DNA of 64,000 nt from Microthyrium microscopicum. Taxonomy: Eukaryota. The notes beneath the pieces were generated by a model, which saw nothing but the letters and a program-made list of their open reading frames with translations, had not been told where the DNA came from and ran no database searches. The translations under genes and the position numbers were made by a program. Every line of letters begins with the position of its first letter. Within the stretch, counting starts at the first letter, position 1. The DNA lies in the NCBI GenBank assembly GCA_010405405.1, contig MU004230.1, forward strand, positions 2,452,627 to 2,516,626, given 5' to 3'. Of the stretch, positions 1-13,546 are shown piece after piece.

Positions 1-632
1 ATTGAGCCAGTGTAAGGCATCTAGCTCAGCAAAACCTCCTTTGGCGGTTTCAGCCATTTCGGTCCATCGTTTGAAGAACAGCTCGAGGTTAGCGTGCTAC
101 GCATTATGGTCAGTCGCTCTCCTGAAACTTTTTCTCATGAGAGGACTTACCATGTATTGTTCAAACTGACCAATATTTTTGGCGCTGAAGGTATGGGAGA
201 CTATACGCCGTTTTCTCGCATGGTCTGCACGATCTCTTGTGTTGAAAAGTCCGCGATGTATCGAGACAAATGCATCATAATACTCACTTTTAAGCGTTAG
301 CTTGAAATTGAAGTAAAGTCTTCCGTGATTGAGTCGACCTACCTTTTGAGAAAGCCATTGCCGTGTCCATATACTATCTGGATGGCTTCTGGGTCTGCAA
401 TCGATACGTGATGAGGTTGTAATCTAACTAAAGCTCCGTATTTCTTATGCGCTTCGTCGACTGACTGGTAGCGCTTTCCCAAACGGCATTGAATGAGCAA
501 CCAGATGCTGGAGAAAGACGCGAGATGGGGACCGGGTATATCCCATAGAGATCGATTTCGAACATAAGGGAGAAGATAGTATAGAACAGGGAGTAGCAGG
601 AGGGTGTAAGGAGATATCAAGTAGGATATCAT
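1..632 (-). CDS. CYP53: Cytochrome P450 of the CYP53 family (benzoate 4-monooxygenase), 5' part; runs off the window
   Basis: ATG at 632. Exons 632-343, 286-151 and 96-<1, joined by GT-AG introns 342-287 and 150-97. The spliced product has an N-terminal TM anchor, IPGP, and YGHGNGFLKSEYYDAFVSIHRGLFNTRDRADHARKRRIVSHTFS, which is characteristic of CYP53/BphA. Confidence 0.88.
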
Positions 633-1270
633 GATTGCTGTTACTACACACCTGTGGTATGGCAAGAAGGGTGTGGTTGCAGTAAGAGCGGCAGAGAAGA
701 TGCGCTTCTCAGTTGGTTTTATACAAATGTCGCAATATTTGTTTTCACCCTCGCCATATATCAAGCTTTTGTGACAGACCCCGTGGTGAAAGGTAACCAG
801 ACGGTGAACGCGTAAAGTAAGCTGAGATAGAGCCGTTGTTGACAGCCGGAATAAGCTCCTTTTCAGCCTCCCCCGCAATGACATCCACTCGCCGCTTGCC
901 CGTATGCATGCCAAAGATCTACAAGATATTTAGTGCATGGTATCTGGCCACTTAGATGCATCGTGATCAGAATTCTAGGCGGTATCATCATCTAAGACGG
1001 AGAATCGGTGATATATCGCACAACTCTCGGACGTTAGCACCTAGTGCGCGGATAAGCTCCGCTGTTCACGATACATCGATATTATCAAAGCATCAAGAAT
1101 TTGGAATTTCTATAACGGCAGGGAATGCGTAATCGCCTTGCGCCTGCGTCTACTAGGTTAAGAAACAGATAAAGTAACATTGGTAAGATTAATGATCCCA
1201 TCATTTGCCGAAAAAAGGCCTGCAATCTGGCACTTCGTACACTTGACAAGCTGTAGGAAGTGTCACTGTC

Positions 1271-2575
1271 TCAACCAAATATACCATATTTGATAGCACC
1301 GGCCATATCGCGGAACCAGCCGACCCAGCCTTTGACACTTTCTATGCCCTTCAGGATTTGAACCATGCGTACAGTAAACCGCTCAGCGTCGTCGAAATCA
1401 TGAGCATGAACATCCCAGACGGCAGTTGTCTCTCCTTCAGCCTCCTTTGACACTACGATCCATTCTCCGTCTTCTTGTTGCTGAACTTTGACTTTGGGTC
1501 CGACAGCAAGGGCACGTCCATGGATGGTGCTGTCGGCGACAATCCGACTGGCGGCATCCACGACATCTTCGACTTTGCCTACTCCTCCACCTGCTAGTAG
1601 TGCTCGAAGCGGTGCTGGTGACATGGCTGTTTCTATAAAGTAGGGACATAACATTCCGATGCGAATCCCATCGGCAAATAATGATGCGCGTAATGACCTG
1701 AAGAGACCAAGAACGGCATGTTTGGATGTTCCGTACAGTGGCACATTTGGGATTGGGGCCAGTGAGGCCAAGGATCCAAGCAATAGTAAGCATCGATCTC
1801 TTGTCCTCGTTGCTGGATCGGACTCTGGAGAAGCTGGCTCTGAGCCAGGATTTCTTGGAAGCCAGTATATTGCAAGATGGGTCGTGTATAATAGTCCGTA
1901 CAGGTTAACATCGATGACCTTGAAGTTAGGCTTCCTTGGTTCAGCAGCTGAGAGATCTTTTGGCATTTGTAGGCCTTCTGGATCGGCAACACCAGCGTTG
2001 GCAACGACCACATCAATTCCACCATGAGGACTTAACCTAACCGCTTCCTTGAACAAATGAACTTGTTGTTGCCAGTCTGTCACGTCGCAGGCAACGAAAT
2101 GTACATTCTTGTTGCCTGTGTCGTTGCGGATTGCACGAACTGCCTTGTCGCCTTGTTCGACATTGATGTCTCCAACGACGAGACTTGCTCCAGCCCCAGC
2201 CCATTGGCGAACGAACGCTTCTCCAAAACCAGTCGCACCACCAGTGACCTGGAATGGGTCAGTGTAAGATTACGATCGAAATCAACACGCTCTGAAAGAC
2301 CAAATGGTCTTTTCGGGGTGAAATCACAAAAACCCCCATCACATTCGATGGTGGCCATCAAGTGCGGTTGAAGATACGATTCTTTTGGTTCCATCGGATT
2401 TCATCGAGAAATTTAGCTTTGCACGGGGAAATCTTACTATGATATGCTTACCGCTGATCCAGGCAAGGTCATATGGCTTCCTAACGTCAATGGGTGGAGA
2501 CTGCTTGACGTCCTGGGACACATTGTTCGGAGGAAGAGCCGCCATTTTGGCGTTGGGGTCAGTGAAGATATCCAT
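1271..2575 (-). CDS. Short-chain dehydrogenase/reductase (classical SDR)
   Basis: Exon 1 2575-2438, intron 2437-2249, exon 2 2248-1271. Motifs: VTGGATGFG (NAD(P) binding), VVVANAG and catalytic YGTSK. An alternative ATG lies at 2545. Confidence 0.85.
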
Positions 2576-3087
2576 GGCCACTTGTCCTGGAGTATTGGCC
2601 GTTGAGATATAAATTCAAGAAGACCCTGTCCTAAAAGGTTGAAGCTAGCGGGAATCCTTGCTCTTTAACGTGTTGACATGGGAGGTAGTTGATTTTGGTT
2701 GGCGTCGACGCTTGTTACAGAGGTCGATGGTTTTGATGGATTCCGACAATTTAGGCGGCTGTCAAGAAATTACCTGATGTGCAAATAATTCTCGCCGTAG
2801 ATTTCTTCAATAAATTAAGGTAAAGGAGAGAAAGAGATTTTGGCTGGGAGAAGCTGGTCTGGGGAACGTGCTTTCAAGCTTTCCCACGTGGCATCGTCCA
2901 TTAATAGGCCCATTTTTAGCCAGACCTAGCCTGATCCAGGAGTATCGCCGAATATAAAAGGAGGAAATTTATATGTTCCGGTCAAAGCTGAAAAAGCATT
3001 TTAAAGTTGTGTTTTAAAACATGTCTCTCATTCCTGTTGTTGAAGAACTTGACTGTCTATACTTCATCTCCCTTATCCCTGCTGATT

Positions 3088-4263
3088 TTAGGAAAATCCG
3101 GAGATGTACTTGTGTTTAAAGGTTGTATCTGTGACAGCGACGGCCATGCCGACATCTATTACACCCTCCTCTCTCGGCGCGCAAAGCATCCCAAAGCACG
3201 GCTTATATTTGAAGCCTTCATCAACTCTTCGGTAGCTCATGAGAGTGCTCCATGGTTCTTTCTTATGCTTCTCTCCTGTTGTTGGCTCTACGTTCGGTAC
3301 CTATCTGAACTTTAGCAAAATTCTCTGAGACAAGTGCTGAGAAATTGATACCTGACATCTCGCGCATCTTGCCAGAACGTCCATGCAGAGCTCGCCATCG
3401 TCCCCTAGCGCTAGCGTTTTCCAAACGTCCTCGTTCCACGGCTGGGCACCCTCCACGATGATATTTGGTCTGAAGCGTTCAATCGTGATCGGTTTTTGGC
3501 CTTTTTCGAGCAGCCGAACGTTCAGCTCGGCTAGGCTGCTATCACTGCCAACCAAAATAGGCGCAACGTCGGGGAACATGGTATGTTCTACACGTCCAAG
3601 GTGTTTTGAATGCCCGTTGCCGCTTAGTACGCGCGGTTCAGGGCCTTTGAGAACGAGGCGAACCTGCATTCCGCCGAATAACTGCTCGAATCCTGCTGTG
3701 AGCTTCGCCGAATAGACCCAACCATCCGTCTTGCGACCCCAAATCTCAACGGTCTGGAGCTCTGTGTGCTTTTTCAACCACTCTGGTGTAGGATGAGCCG
3801 GAACTGTAAGCTTTGCTTGGGCGTTTATCTTCTCAGCGTGAACATGAAGTTGGTCATCCTCCGTTATGTCAATATTGATCAGAGTCATGCTTGAGTTCTC
3901 GCGAATAGTCAAGAACTTGTTGGTCGCGGCATCAACAAACATCCATTTTCGATCCAAGTCTATTCCAGTGCGGAGTAAAGTTGCCGACTTCACGCTGATC
4001 CCCCGACAGGATTTGATAGGGTAGATGCGGATATCGCTTATCTTGGTAGGTTGAGGCAATGGAGGCTTCTTTTCGTTATCCCTTACGACTTGCCGAATAC
4101 TATCCAGCAGATAAAGCCCGACAGGCAGTACCATCAACACCAATGCCAATGCGTAAAAGTACAGGCTTCCATAGCTTGGAAAGCGAAGCTCGGAAAAGAG
4201 AGTCGAATTCTTGATGCTGTTTGTATTGAGCACTTTGCTGATAGGGAAGGAAAGGTATTCCAT
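3088..4263 (-). CDS. MOSC-domain (mARC-like) molybdenum cofactor protein with N-terminal TM helix
   Basis: Exon 1 4263-3352, 51-bp intron 3351-3301, exon 2 3300-3088. Motifs: IYPIKSCRG, DRKWMFVD, ERFRPNIIVEG, RCARCQVPNV..TG and CFGM. Confidence 0.9.
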
Positions 4264-4661
4264 TTTGAATGAGGTCGAATCGTTGATGCGTCAAAAGATC
4301 AGGAAGAAGTAGAAAGTCAACTTGCGACTGGAACTTTGAGGGTGAACTTGGTCGAGTGTCTTTCAAGTGGACCATGCGAACGCTACCAAAAGGTACCTAC
4401 ATGTTCTATGCTAGGCTGTGCTTGGCTAGCTTAAAACCTGCAGGTTATCTGTGACTAACAATGAAGAAAATTGTCAGGGATTTGTCAGATTTGGAGACCG
4501 ACGTCTATTTTATTCTAATGCTACACAGGTATGACACCCGAACAAGTGCTCAAATCGGAGGAAGAGAAGTAGAAGAGGTTTGAAAGTGAAACGGATATTT
4601 TGTTTTGATTCCACCAATTTACAGCCTATCTACATGATAAGTTCGTACTTTTCCTTGCGCT

Positions 4662-7621
4662 CTACGCATATGTACCTCCTTCTTCAGGTGGTTCTAGATC
4701 TCTGGCCGTACTAAAGCAACAATGACCCGGTGTGTCCTGTGCGGCTTCCTGAGCACTCCTTGATCTAACAATATTTGTTTTCGGACCTGCTTCGAGTTGC
4801 AAAGGGTTCTCAGACTGGATAACGACTTCGTCATCACTCTTCATAGTTTCCACGATGATCTTCTCCTGGTCATGGCTTGGGGGTTTGAATCCACCGTTGT
4901 CTCCGTTGCTTGTATCTTGATCCTTGGATATTTGGACACTCCAAGAGCTTGGATGGGATACTGCGCCCCATTGAACCGGGAATTTGAAACACTCTTCATC
5001 CCCAGATTTTGGATGACATGCTGCTGAAATGACAGCGGAACACGTGGCGCCTATTGGTATGTGTCCGGGATAAGGCTTTCTTCCATATAGGATGAGAACA
5101 ATCATCAAAATGAGACCTAGAAGAATCGCTACTCTTATGTTAGCATATATTCTTCTTTTCTATATCGCGTCCACGAGGATTTGGGTCAAGGAATATTGAG
5201 TAAGACAAGGCAACTCACAAACGATAGTAGGCCAAACACTAAATCCTACGCTCATGGCACCAAGTTCGGAAGCCCCGTCGAATTCTTGAGTTGGGCCTTC
5301 GGTGTCCTGTAATACCACAAACATGCTCTGAGACAGTGACCATTGAATGAACGATGTGGCAGCCATCAATGGGACTCCGTAACGCCACGGCATTGAGATG
5401 TAGTAGGATGATCTTTGTAAGCCAACGGGGGTAGACACTCTTATGGGTTTCTTTTCTGTAGCGTAGCGATTCCATTCTCGATTCGCAAGCATGCATGTAA
5501 GTAGGGAATTATACTGAACGTAGACCATAGATGCCGCAAATTGCCAGGCATTAGCGAACATGATATCGAAATAGAGCTGGACGTAATACGGTTCTTGAAA
5601 GAATACACAGTCAGTACAGTACTTGAGTTCTTCTGGCACACGGTGGTCAACTTACTGTTTGCAAGCCCGACACGACCTTGGGCGTACTGATTTGCCTCAC
5701 CGAATCCAAGTCCCGTGAATATACCAGCACTCCCAGCATTGTCTCCAATAGTGTTAAGCTCCCACGCTAGCAACCCAGCACCCAGGAAGGCCAATATAAC
5801 ACATCTATACAGCGATGTTAGCTTTAGCTTCATTGCGGGTTGTCTTGTATACCTACGAGGCGATTGTGCAACGCCATCTTCTATGGGAGGCCGAATCAGA
5901 CATTCTCAGTCGGCAACGAGTCCACACTCGTGGTTCCAAATGGTCCCAGGGACTTGACTCGTCTTTCTTTGGTACTGGACGAACTTTTTTGAGTTGAATT
6001 GGTCGCCATTTCCATATACCGCGGAGAGGAAATTTGGCGTCATTTTTGTCAGTTGGGCCACTTATCAAGCACATGCGCTTTGTGGTTGAATCTGGTGCTG
6101 CAAGAAACGAAACAATGGCATCTCCAATAGTTGAAAGCGTTTCGTCATCTTGTTTTTGGTGTGCAATTATTAGTGTGTATATGATACATATACACTTGCA
6201 CCAGTTCGCGCAGCAAACGACTTGAGCCTAGTTAGTCTTTTTCAACTGGTATTGGTGCTTGAAAACCTCACTAATCATGATAGGTAGCGAGTATTTTACT
6301 ACACAAGCCTCATCTAAAGAACGTTCACTGCTGAGACAGTAGTCGATCTTATACCCGATGACATTCCAATTTTCTATAAGCGTTGGATTTTTGAGTAAAT
6401 TGCTCCTCGTCCGACAGTCGAAGGTGTTTGTAGAGCCACATTCCCAGTAGAATCCAGGTGTAGATAGATATGATTCTGCAGCAAATAGCAAAGTGTTGTT
6501 TGACGAAAACGTAGTATTTGGCGCTAGAATATCTTCTGTTGATATGAGCAGGACGTCCGATCTATTGCCAGAGGAGGTCAGATAGGCATCTAGACACTGT
6601 GATTTTGTCAAATTTTTGGAAAAGCTATTGTTCATAACCTTCTGACGATAGTCTGTGCAGCTATCATCGGAACAAAAGTTGGAAATGTTGAACGTCCATT
6701 GGCCGTTTCCTTGGCCCCAGTTTGAATCGATGGGCAAGGTTTCTATTTTATACGGTGGACCTTGAGGAAGGCTTTCTAATGTCACATTTCGCCGACTCAT
6801 GGCCACTGTAGTAGCCGTGCGAGTACTAACAGGGCCATCGTTCAAGAAGTCGGGCTTGACGACGAGGAAGTTTATAGCATTGTGTGGCTGACTGTTGTAA
6901 ATTCCCGAGTTGTATCTGGAAACAAGTTAGCACCATGAACAACTATATTGCGTTGCTCTCACTTTGCCTTGACAAGGAAAATATCAAGGGTCAAATACAA
7001 CGTTTCGTCATGGTGAGAAGAGAAGGATTGTGTTACGACCTGCTAGCTGATACATGGAGCTCGAAACTTGAATTATCAAAATCCAAGATATATAACTTAC
7101 AGGAAATGCAAAGGTACCGATGAAAGGCCAAGAAGCCACCAGGCTACTCTACGCTTCTTCGCCATGTACTTGAGGTTTCGAAGACTTGGTACACCGATGT
7201 CTAGCCATATACGCTTCGCATGTGCCTTGTCAACATCTGAACGAGTAGGTGCAGTGAGCAGCTGCATACAATAATTAGACGCTCCCAATAGTAAGGAGGC
7301 GAGAACGTTGATCATCACGTGCAAACCACTGCTTATCTGAGAGGCTGTCTCGCAATTTCCCACATACAGATCGGAGTTACTGTACTTCTGAGATATTACA
7401 ATGGTTGAGATGGTGTTTATCAGGAATACTGCTGCTGCGGTGATTGATGCGGCGGCCAAAATGACATCTTGTCGAGAGTACCAGCTTTTAGGACGAGAAC
7501 TGTCGACCTGAGGGAAGAAAGGAGCCATAGCTTTTACGGACGCGAACCTTGGCCCACGGCAATTCATCTCCTGCGGATCATAAGCCATACTATCTTTCAT
7601 AGATGTGCCGACAGCCATCAA
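4662..7621 (-). CDS. Multi-exon integral membrane protein, DUF6536-like fungal family
   Basis: Minus-strand ORF pieces 7097-7621, 6228-6845, 5441-5833, 5160-5639 and 4662-5108 are separated by GT-AG introns (first intron 7100-6916). Family-typical motifs: LHVMINVLASLLLGASNYCMQLLTAPTRSDVDKAH..WLDIG, ANAWQ, RVSTPVGLQRSSYYISMPWRYG and CSAVISAACHP..VQWG. Internal exon boundaries are only partly resolved. Confidence 0.75.
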
Positions 7622-8995
7622 TTCGTGGTTCTCATTCCTAGATTACGGGTCAGCGATGTCTATTTGAAGTAATCTCGGGCCGTTACATGGTGTTCATTCA
7701 TATGACGTTTGTACAAGCGTGACTTGAACTCATTAGAAATCAGTAAATCTTATCAGTTATCCAGGTACGGTTTTACGTGATGATTCCCTGCTATCATGAG
7801 CGTAGGAGATTGATGGTCGAATCAGGGAAGCCAGCTCGAGAAGAAAGGTGCGTATCGCGGTCGATAAATAAACTGGAACAATTAACGCAGATACTCCTCT
7901 CCATGCCTTTGCTTGTCTTCATGGCGGATAGCCATGGAAATTCAAACCACAAGTTTTGCCATGCAAGGCTGTGGGACAATCCAATCGCAGTCCTGGGCAC
8001 CTGGGTGGGCCATTCACTAAGCCTTCTGCGAATGTAGATCCAGCGAGTAGGACATAAAAGTTCAACACCGTCTTGGAGCCAATCACATTATTCCCGAAAG
8101 TTGGCGCAGCGATTTGATCCAGTTATGTCTCTGGACATTAGCTCAGCCTCAGCCTGACCGAAGCTATAATCGCCCAAATAGCTTCTCGAGGCCGCTTTGC
8201 TGCTCAAAGTAGAGAACGGGTGGGCCGATTACGGCAAGAAAAGAGCAATCGCATCCTACTTGCAGTTCCGTGGATTGATAAACGTATCAAATGGGGCCAT
8301 TTGAACATCTTATGAGGCCGGATGCTACCACGCTGTGCAAGCACTGATGTGCTCATGCAGGCTTTATGCACTGAAAAACAAGGCGGAATTTACAATGCGC
8401 TGCCTCGTAGCTCCCTGAACACTCGAAACCGCTCAAGAAGTTGCCCGTGTCGTTACATTGCATAACAGCTTCGTTATATGGCGCTTATCCCTATGTTTTG
8501 AATTTTTGGAATGTGCTTGGAAACCTTGTGACGCGTCGTCAAGCTGGAAATGAGGCTTGCCAAGAGGCTTTGGGATTCATTGCGCTCGAGGAAAACAACT
8601 CTATGCTCGCGACGCTGGCAGAGTACCAGTGCTTCAATTGCAAAGCAGGCTAGGATAGTGAAGTTTGTAATTGTAGAACTTTGAAGAGAAGACAACATTT
8701 GAACAGTGAACATTGAAGTCGTCGTTGAATGTACATCGGGCCGAAACACGTGCGATGCTGGATGCGCTAAGGTACTTCGGTCCGAAGCATGGTTGGCACG
8801 GCCTTGCTGGATTTGGGCCGACCAGCTTCACTGCAGAACACTTGTTCTCATCGCGCTCAGTTGCAAAGTTGCGTCCTTCTACTGCCACCAATTCAATCAA
8901 ACGCTCTCTCAAATCTTCACTCCATTTTCATTGTGCTAGCCTGCAGCGCTTGTCCTTGAAACTCCCATCAATCGCCCTACCATAATTCCATAGAA

Positions 8996-9580
8996 ATGGT
9001 ATGTTTTCTTGTCATAGCCGTGCATTTGCTACACTTTATCGACCTGAGCCTCCTTTTCCAGACCATTGACTAATTGCACTGTTTCTATGTAGTCTTCGCC
9101 TCCACCATCCTCACCCGCTCAAGGCGCACCCGCCTCTGGTGCCGCTACAGGTGCCTCTACTGGCCGCGCATCACCAAAACCCCCTGGAGGCCCAGCAACC
9201 GCGATGCGACGAAAGGCAGCCGCAGATCGTGCGGACAAACAAGCATCTGCGCGACCAAACAGCACACGATCGGCTGGAGCTGGTGGAAGCAGCAGTACTA
9301 TGCTGAGTACGTTTGCCCAAAACATGACTCTGGCCCTGACAGCTATTGTCATGCTGAATTGTTGAGAACGATATAGGAGTGCTAACATTCTTGCGCAGAG
9401 TTGTACACTGATGAGTCGCCTGGCCTCAAGGTTGATCCCGTCGTTGTTCTCGTTCTCTCCGTTGGCTTCATTGTATCTGTGGTTGCACTTCACAGTAAGT
9501 GACACATTAACTATTGCTCATGATCCAAAACTAATGAGCGAATAGTCATTGCCAAGATCACACGAAAATTCTCCTCGTAG
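8996..9580 (+). CDS. SBH1: Protein translocon Sec61 beta subunit
   Basis: Not in the ORF track. Exons 8996-8998 (ATG only), 9093-9306, 9399-9494 and 9546-9580. The spliced product ends [61 protein letters not shown]. Confidence 0.95.
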
Positions 9581-10978
9581 AACCGAGCCAGCCAGCAAGA
9601 AATCATATTCAATAACCATGTAGATGGGCTAAACAGGTTGCCAGCGCGAAACGTGTGTCAGTAGTATCAAAAAGTATCGGCGCAACAGTGGGCTTGTCGA
9701 ATTCGATGTATCATACTTTTGCATGCACGGGCAATGGAGTTTTGGGCCTTGGACGTAGCTAGATAGTTCAAGGTGCATGGTCATGGTTACCTTTCAAAGG
9801 GCTGAATGATATGTGTATGGAAAATCCCCGATGCTGGTTCGTTTCACATTCAACTCTTATACATACGGGACTAGACACATGCCACAGTTTTTGCTACACT
9901 TTAGATAAGATAACCAACCGACTGACAAAATTAATGGCACGCTCCCATTAGCTGCTGAGTGTCCTATCCGCTATGTCCTGTCATCGGCTACTTTGCTTAC
10001 TACCCAGTCACAGGTACGTAGAGATACTTGTGGAGTATCGGAAGAGATGAGATTCGGATACTAGTATAATCTTTATAAGATATGATAATAGCCATCGCAA
10101 TCGATGACAGCATTACTATACATTTTGTCGACCGATTGAGAAGCGACCGTCGTTACTGCTTCTGATTATGGAATGGACCATTGGTTGGTGAACACGAACC
10201 TTCATTAAGTGGCTAATATATAGCCATAAAGGACAAAATATAGCAATTGGTCGATATTTATGCCACTAGATATAAGAGTGGTTAGTTTGGGGACTTTTGG
10301 CCTGTTAAAACCAAGGCGGGATCAATTAAGGCGGCCAGCATTACCTCTCGTTATGGTATTGGCAGAACCCCTGAAGGGGAAAGTGTTTAAAGCCCTGAAA
10401 AAGCAATGATTTCATCTGATCGCTGATCGACTTGACTGCAGGAGAAGGTGATTCGGAGCCGAAGATATCAAGTGCAGGTAAAACGCGCCCTCGCTTCAGC
10501 TGCACTGGTCGCTCCTCTCTTCTGCCCCAGTAGTGCCGGTCTCCTGATCGTGGTACAGAACACCAAATCTACCCAACAACCAAAGCGCCATCCCACTCCC
10601 CCAGTACTATACTACCACTTCATACACCAAACATAATCTTTAATCCCTTCCAACATATCGACCAACGCTGAAATAAATCACCGGACGACACGGATTCAAC
10701 TCAAACACACTCGTCGCTGCTCACCTACGTCTTTCACTGCCACCAATCCGCGCGCCGGCCTTCGCTTTCCTACTTCTCTCTAAACGCCCGCTTATGCACC
10801 TTTGCTGCAATCACTATCACTTTGCCAGAACAGATACTACATTTTTGGCTGTTTAGTTCGATCGTCCTGCATACCTCTCTCCCACCGCTATTTCTGTGAT
10901 CGACGCTCCTCACACCAGAGCACACCTGATTAATGGCCCAGACAGACTCGTTCTGTCCTGGGCTTGTTCTCGTATATT

Positions 10979-13546
10979 ATGTTTCTCGACATGCTGACCG
11001 CGGATGCGGCAAGCAGTCACGGCCATGAATTTTCAGAGCGTCAGGCACAACGACTACTTGCTCCGCGACGTTCACCCCTCAGAGCTTTATATGGCGGACG
11101 CCCGAGATCTACTCGATTGAGGAGTGGCCGAAATGGCATGTCTGAGTTGAAGGAGGAGCCTGAAGACGTGGACAATATCGAGAAGGCGCTGCACAAATAC
11201 CATGATCACTCTGTGATGGACCTTAGTATACCCGGAGCATACCACAACTCTCCTGAGCAGCCTTCATCTCCAGTACAAGCAAGCCATATTATATACCCTG
11301 CCGAAGCCTCATCCACACAGGGACCACTAATTGAAGACACTGTAGAAGATGAGATTGTCACGGCCATTCATAGTGCACCTGAGAAACGATCCCATCGCTC
11401 CAAGACTCAATACCGTCTGGCGCATCCTCCACCAGCCACCATCCGAAAGCAAGACAAATGCCGATCCAAGGTCCTGTTCCAGCTACAATCCTTATCAAAT
11501 TCTCGGTTCCACAAACCTGCGTATGAGGTCGCACCTTTAAGCCGATTTGACGATTGTAACCGAGTGGGAAGTCGTCTCAGACGTCTTGGGAAGGGTAAGG
11601 TCAATATCGTCATAGATGACCTTGTGGTTTTAAAATCCTCCGATTACCAAACTCCCAGCGCAACTGCGGAACCTGTTGATCTTCCTGATTCTCGAGATGT
11701 CCTGGGGATAATATCTCCTCTTCCTTTCGAAGCTGGGCAACCAATCGGACGAGTGAAGATTATTCTTGACGATGCTGTTTGGCATGGTACTCCACTTCCT
11801 GATGGAAAATACGATCTCAAGCCCAATGGCACCGAACAATGTGGTGGTCGTTGGTACATACCAAAATCACAACGGACAAAATTCGCAGAGAACGACTCCA
11901 AGCCCGGTGACGATCTCAAGTTTTATTTTGCCGCGATGCTACAACAAACCAAGAAGCACCCAACTTTAGCATCACTGACTAAGTCTCATCTTGACGTGTA
12001 TGATTCTTACACCTTGGCAGCCAGCTCCAATGAAGAGGCTATATCTCCACTTGCGATTAGTCCCCAACCTCAAGATATGGACCTGACAGCAGACTTGTCT
12101 GGCTCATCTACCAGAGAGCCTGTTCCGCTTGACGATTTACATCGCAGGCTTGTGATCGTATCTTCTTTCTGGATCATGCTTCGTGAAGGGTGGTCGTCGA
12201 ATTACACGTTTCCTACAACACCTGCTCCTCAGTCATCATCCGTCAACCCGCCGCCTGCAACGCGTTCGCTGTCCGTTGCCTTTTCAGAAACTCCCTCTTT
12301 AAAGGATCGACAAAGCAATGCTAGCAAGGCAAGCAGCATCACTTCGGAGCATCAACCGTCTTCATGCCGGTCTTCTTTGCGTTCCATTAAGATTGACCAT
12401 ACTGGCAATGCAGCCAAGAGGCTTTCTCTCCCTGCCTTCACATTTGGTCGATCAAGTCCACTTGGGCGTTCCTCCATAGATGCTCATGATTTTCCTGCCT
12501 CTATCTCCCTTGATCGAACGAGATCCTCAAGTCCCTCGATAGATCCACTTCAAATAGACATGCTTCCCATGCAGTCAAAAGTCAAGAACAATCCTACTCT
12601 TACTGTGGACACGGTCAATATTCCAACCATTGATCCAACCGCTCAATTCAGACACTTGCTGGATCTGGAAACTCCAAATTCGGCCATAATATCTAAATCA
12701 CCATTGTCCAAGATCGAGTCAATAATAAGGCGAAAATCGACAAACCACAACTCACCTGCAGAAATCCCAAGCAGACGACGTAGTAGAAGCATTAGCTGGA
12801 ATTGGAATCTTTCGAAACCCAAAACACCAATTCGCGAGCCTGTCCCCGAACTAAGTCTTGTCATGGGTCTCAGTAATACACCAGTTATAGTTGATAGCAC
12901 AGAAACACCTCATGCGCAGCCAATAACACATTTGGATAATGAGAGCTTAGCACTGACCGTAAGCACCGCAACGTCCAACGGCGAGGAGGAAGACAGCCTC
13001 ATCTCTGCGGATGATTGTTTGGAGGAGAAATGCCACTCACACGAGGACCTTGCCGAAGTTACCGAGCCAGAAAGTACAGTGGTGGATAATGATCTAGATG
13101 CGACTCTAGTTTCTGAGCACGACGATTGTTTGGCTTACAACAGAGAGTCGCAGACGCATGCAAACCATACGGTGATGCCCAGTCCTTTGGCACTAGAAAT
13201 GGATGATCGTCGCTCCTCGACTGGATCTAGTGACTTGGAGGAATTTACATTCGGAACGCCTTACTGGAAAGACTTTGACCGCATACAAACGCGAAACTTT
13301 GTGACGCAGGCGCAAAATTTTCAACCAGCCCCAATGAGTTACCACGAACACTTGGTCCCAGCTGGATTGAAAGAGAATATTATCCCAGTGGGAACTTCTC
13401 CAGTGTCAACTGCTCCATTCTCAACCATGGAGGAAGAAAATAGTGCTGTACAGAAGGTTGAAGCTGACAGCACTGAAACAAAAGGATGGTTTACTGGACT
13501 TCGCCGTTCAGTGCATCGTCGAAGGGGTGGATCATTCAGTGGATGA
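10979..13546 (+). CDS. Fungal hypothetical protein with Ser/Pro-rich, probably disordered C-terminus
   Basis: Open frame of about 850 codons. A globular-looking N-terminal block runs from KTQYRLAHPPP..KVLFQLQ to LVIVSSFWIMLREGWS. The start is uncertain (ATG at 10979 or 11138). Confidence 0.75.
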   Translation: MFLDMLTADAASSHGHEFSERQAQRLLAPRRSPLRALYGGRPRSTRLRSGRNGMSELKEEPEDVDNIEKALHKYHDHSVMDLSIPGAYHNSPEQPSSPVQASHIIYPAEASSTQGPLIEDTVEDEIVTAIHSAPEKRSHRSKTQYRLAHPPPATIRKQDKCRSKVLFQLQSLSNSRFHKPAYEVAPLSRFDDCNRVGSRLRRLGKGKVNIVIDDLVVLKSSDYQTPSATAEPVDLPDSRDVLGIISPLPFEAGQPIGRVKIILDDAVWHGTPLPDGKYDLKPNGTEQCGGRWYIPKSQRTKFAENDSKPGDDLKFYFAAMLQQTKKHPTLASLTKSHLDVYDSYTLAASSNEEAISPLAISPQPQDMDLTADLSGSSTREPVPLDDLHRRLVIVSSFWIMLREGWSSNYTFPTTPAPQSSSVNPPPATRSLSVAFSETPSLKDRQSNASKASSITSEHQPSSCRSSLRSIKIDHTGNAAKRLSLPAFTFGRSSPLGRSSIDAHDFPASISLDRTRSSSPSIDPLQIDMLPMQSKVKNNPTLTVDTVNIPTIDPTAQFRHLLDLETPNSAIISKSPLSKIESIIRRKSTNHNSPAEIPSRRRSRSISWNWNLSKPKTPIREPVPELSLVMGLSNTPVIVDSTETPHAQPITHLDNESLALTVSTATSNGEEEDSLISADDCLEEKCHSHEDLAEVTEPESTVVDNDLDATLVSEHDDCLAYNRESQTHANHTVMPSPLALEMDDRRSSTGSSDLEEFTFGTPYWKDFDRIQTRNFVTQAQNFQPAPMSYHEHLVPAGLKENIIPVGTSPVSTAPFSTMEEENSAVQKVEADSTETKGWFTGLRRSVHRRRGGSFSG

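Noticed and set aside
7777..7829. TGATGA followed by an imperfect hairpin (TTCCCTG...CAGGGAA), snoRNA-like
   Set aside because: The stems are short and there is no well-placed box D or guide sequence; chance is a sufficient explanation.
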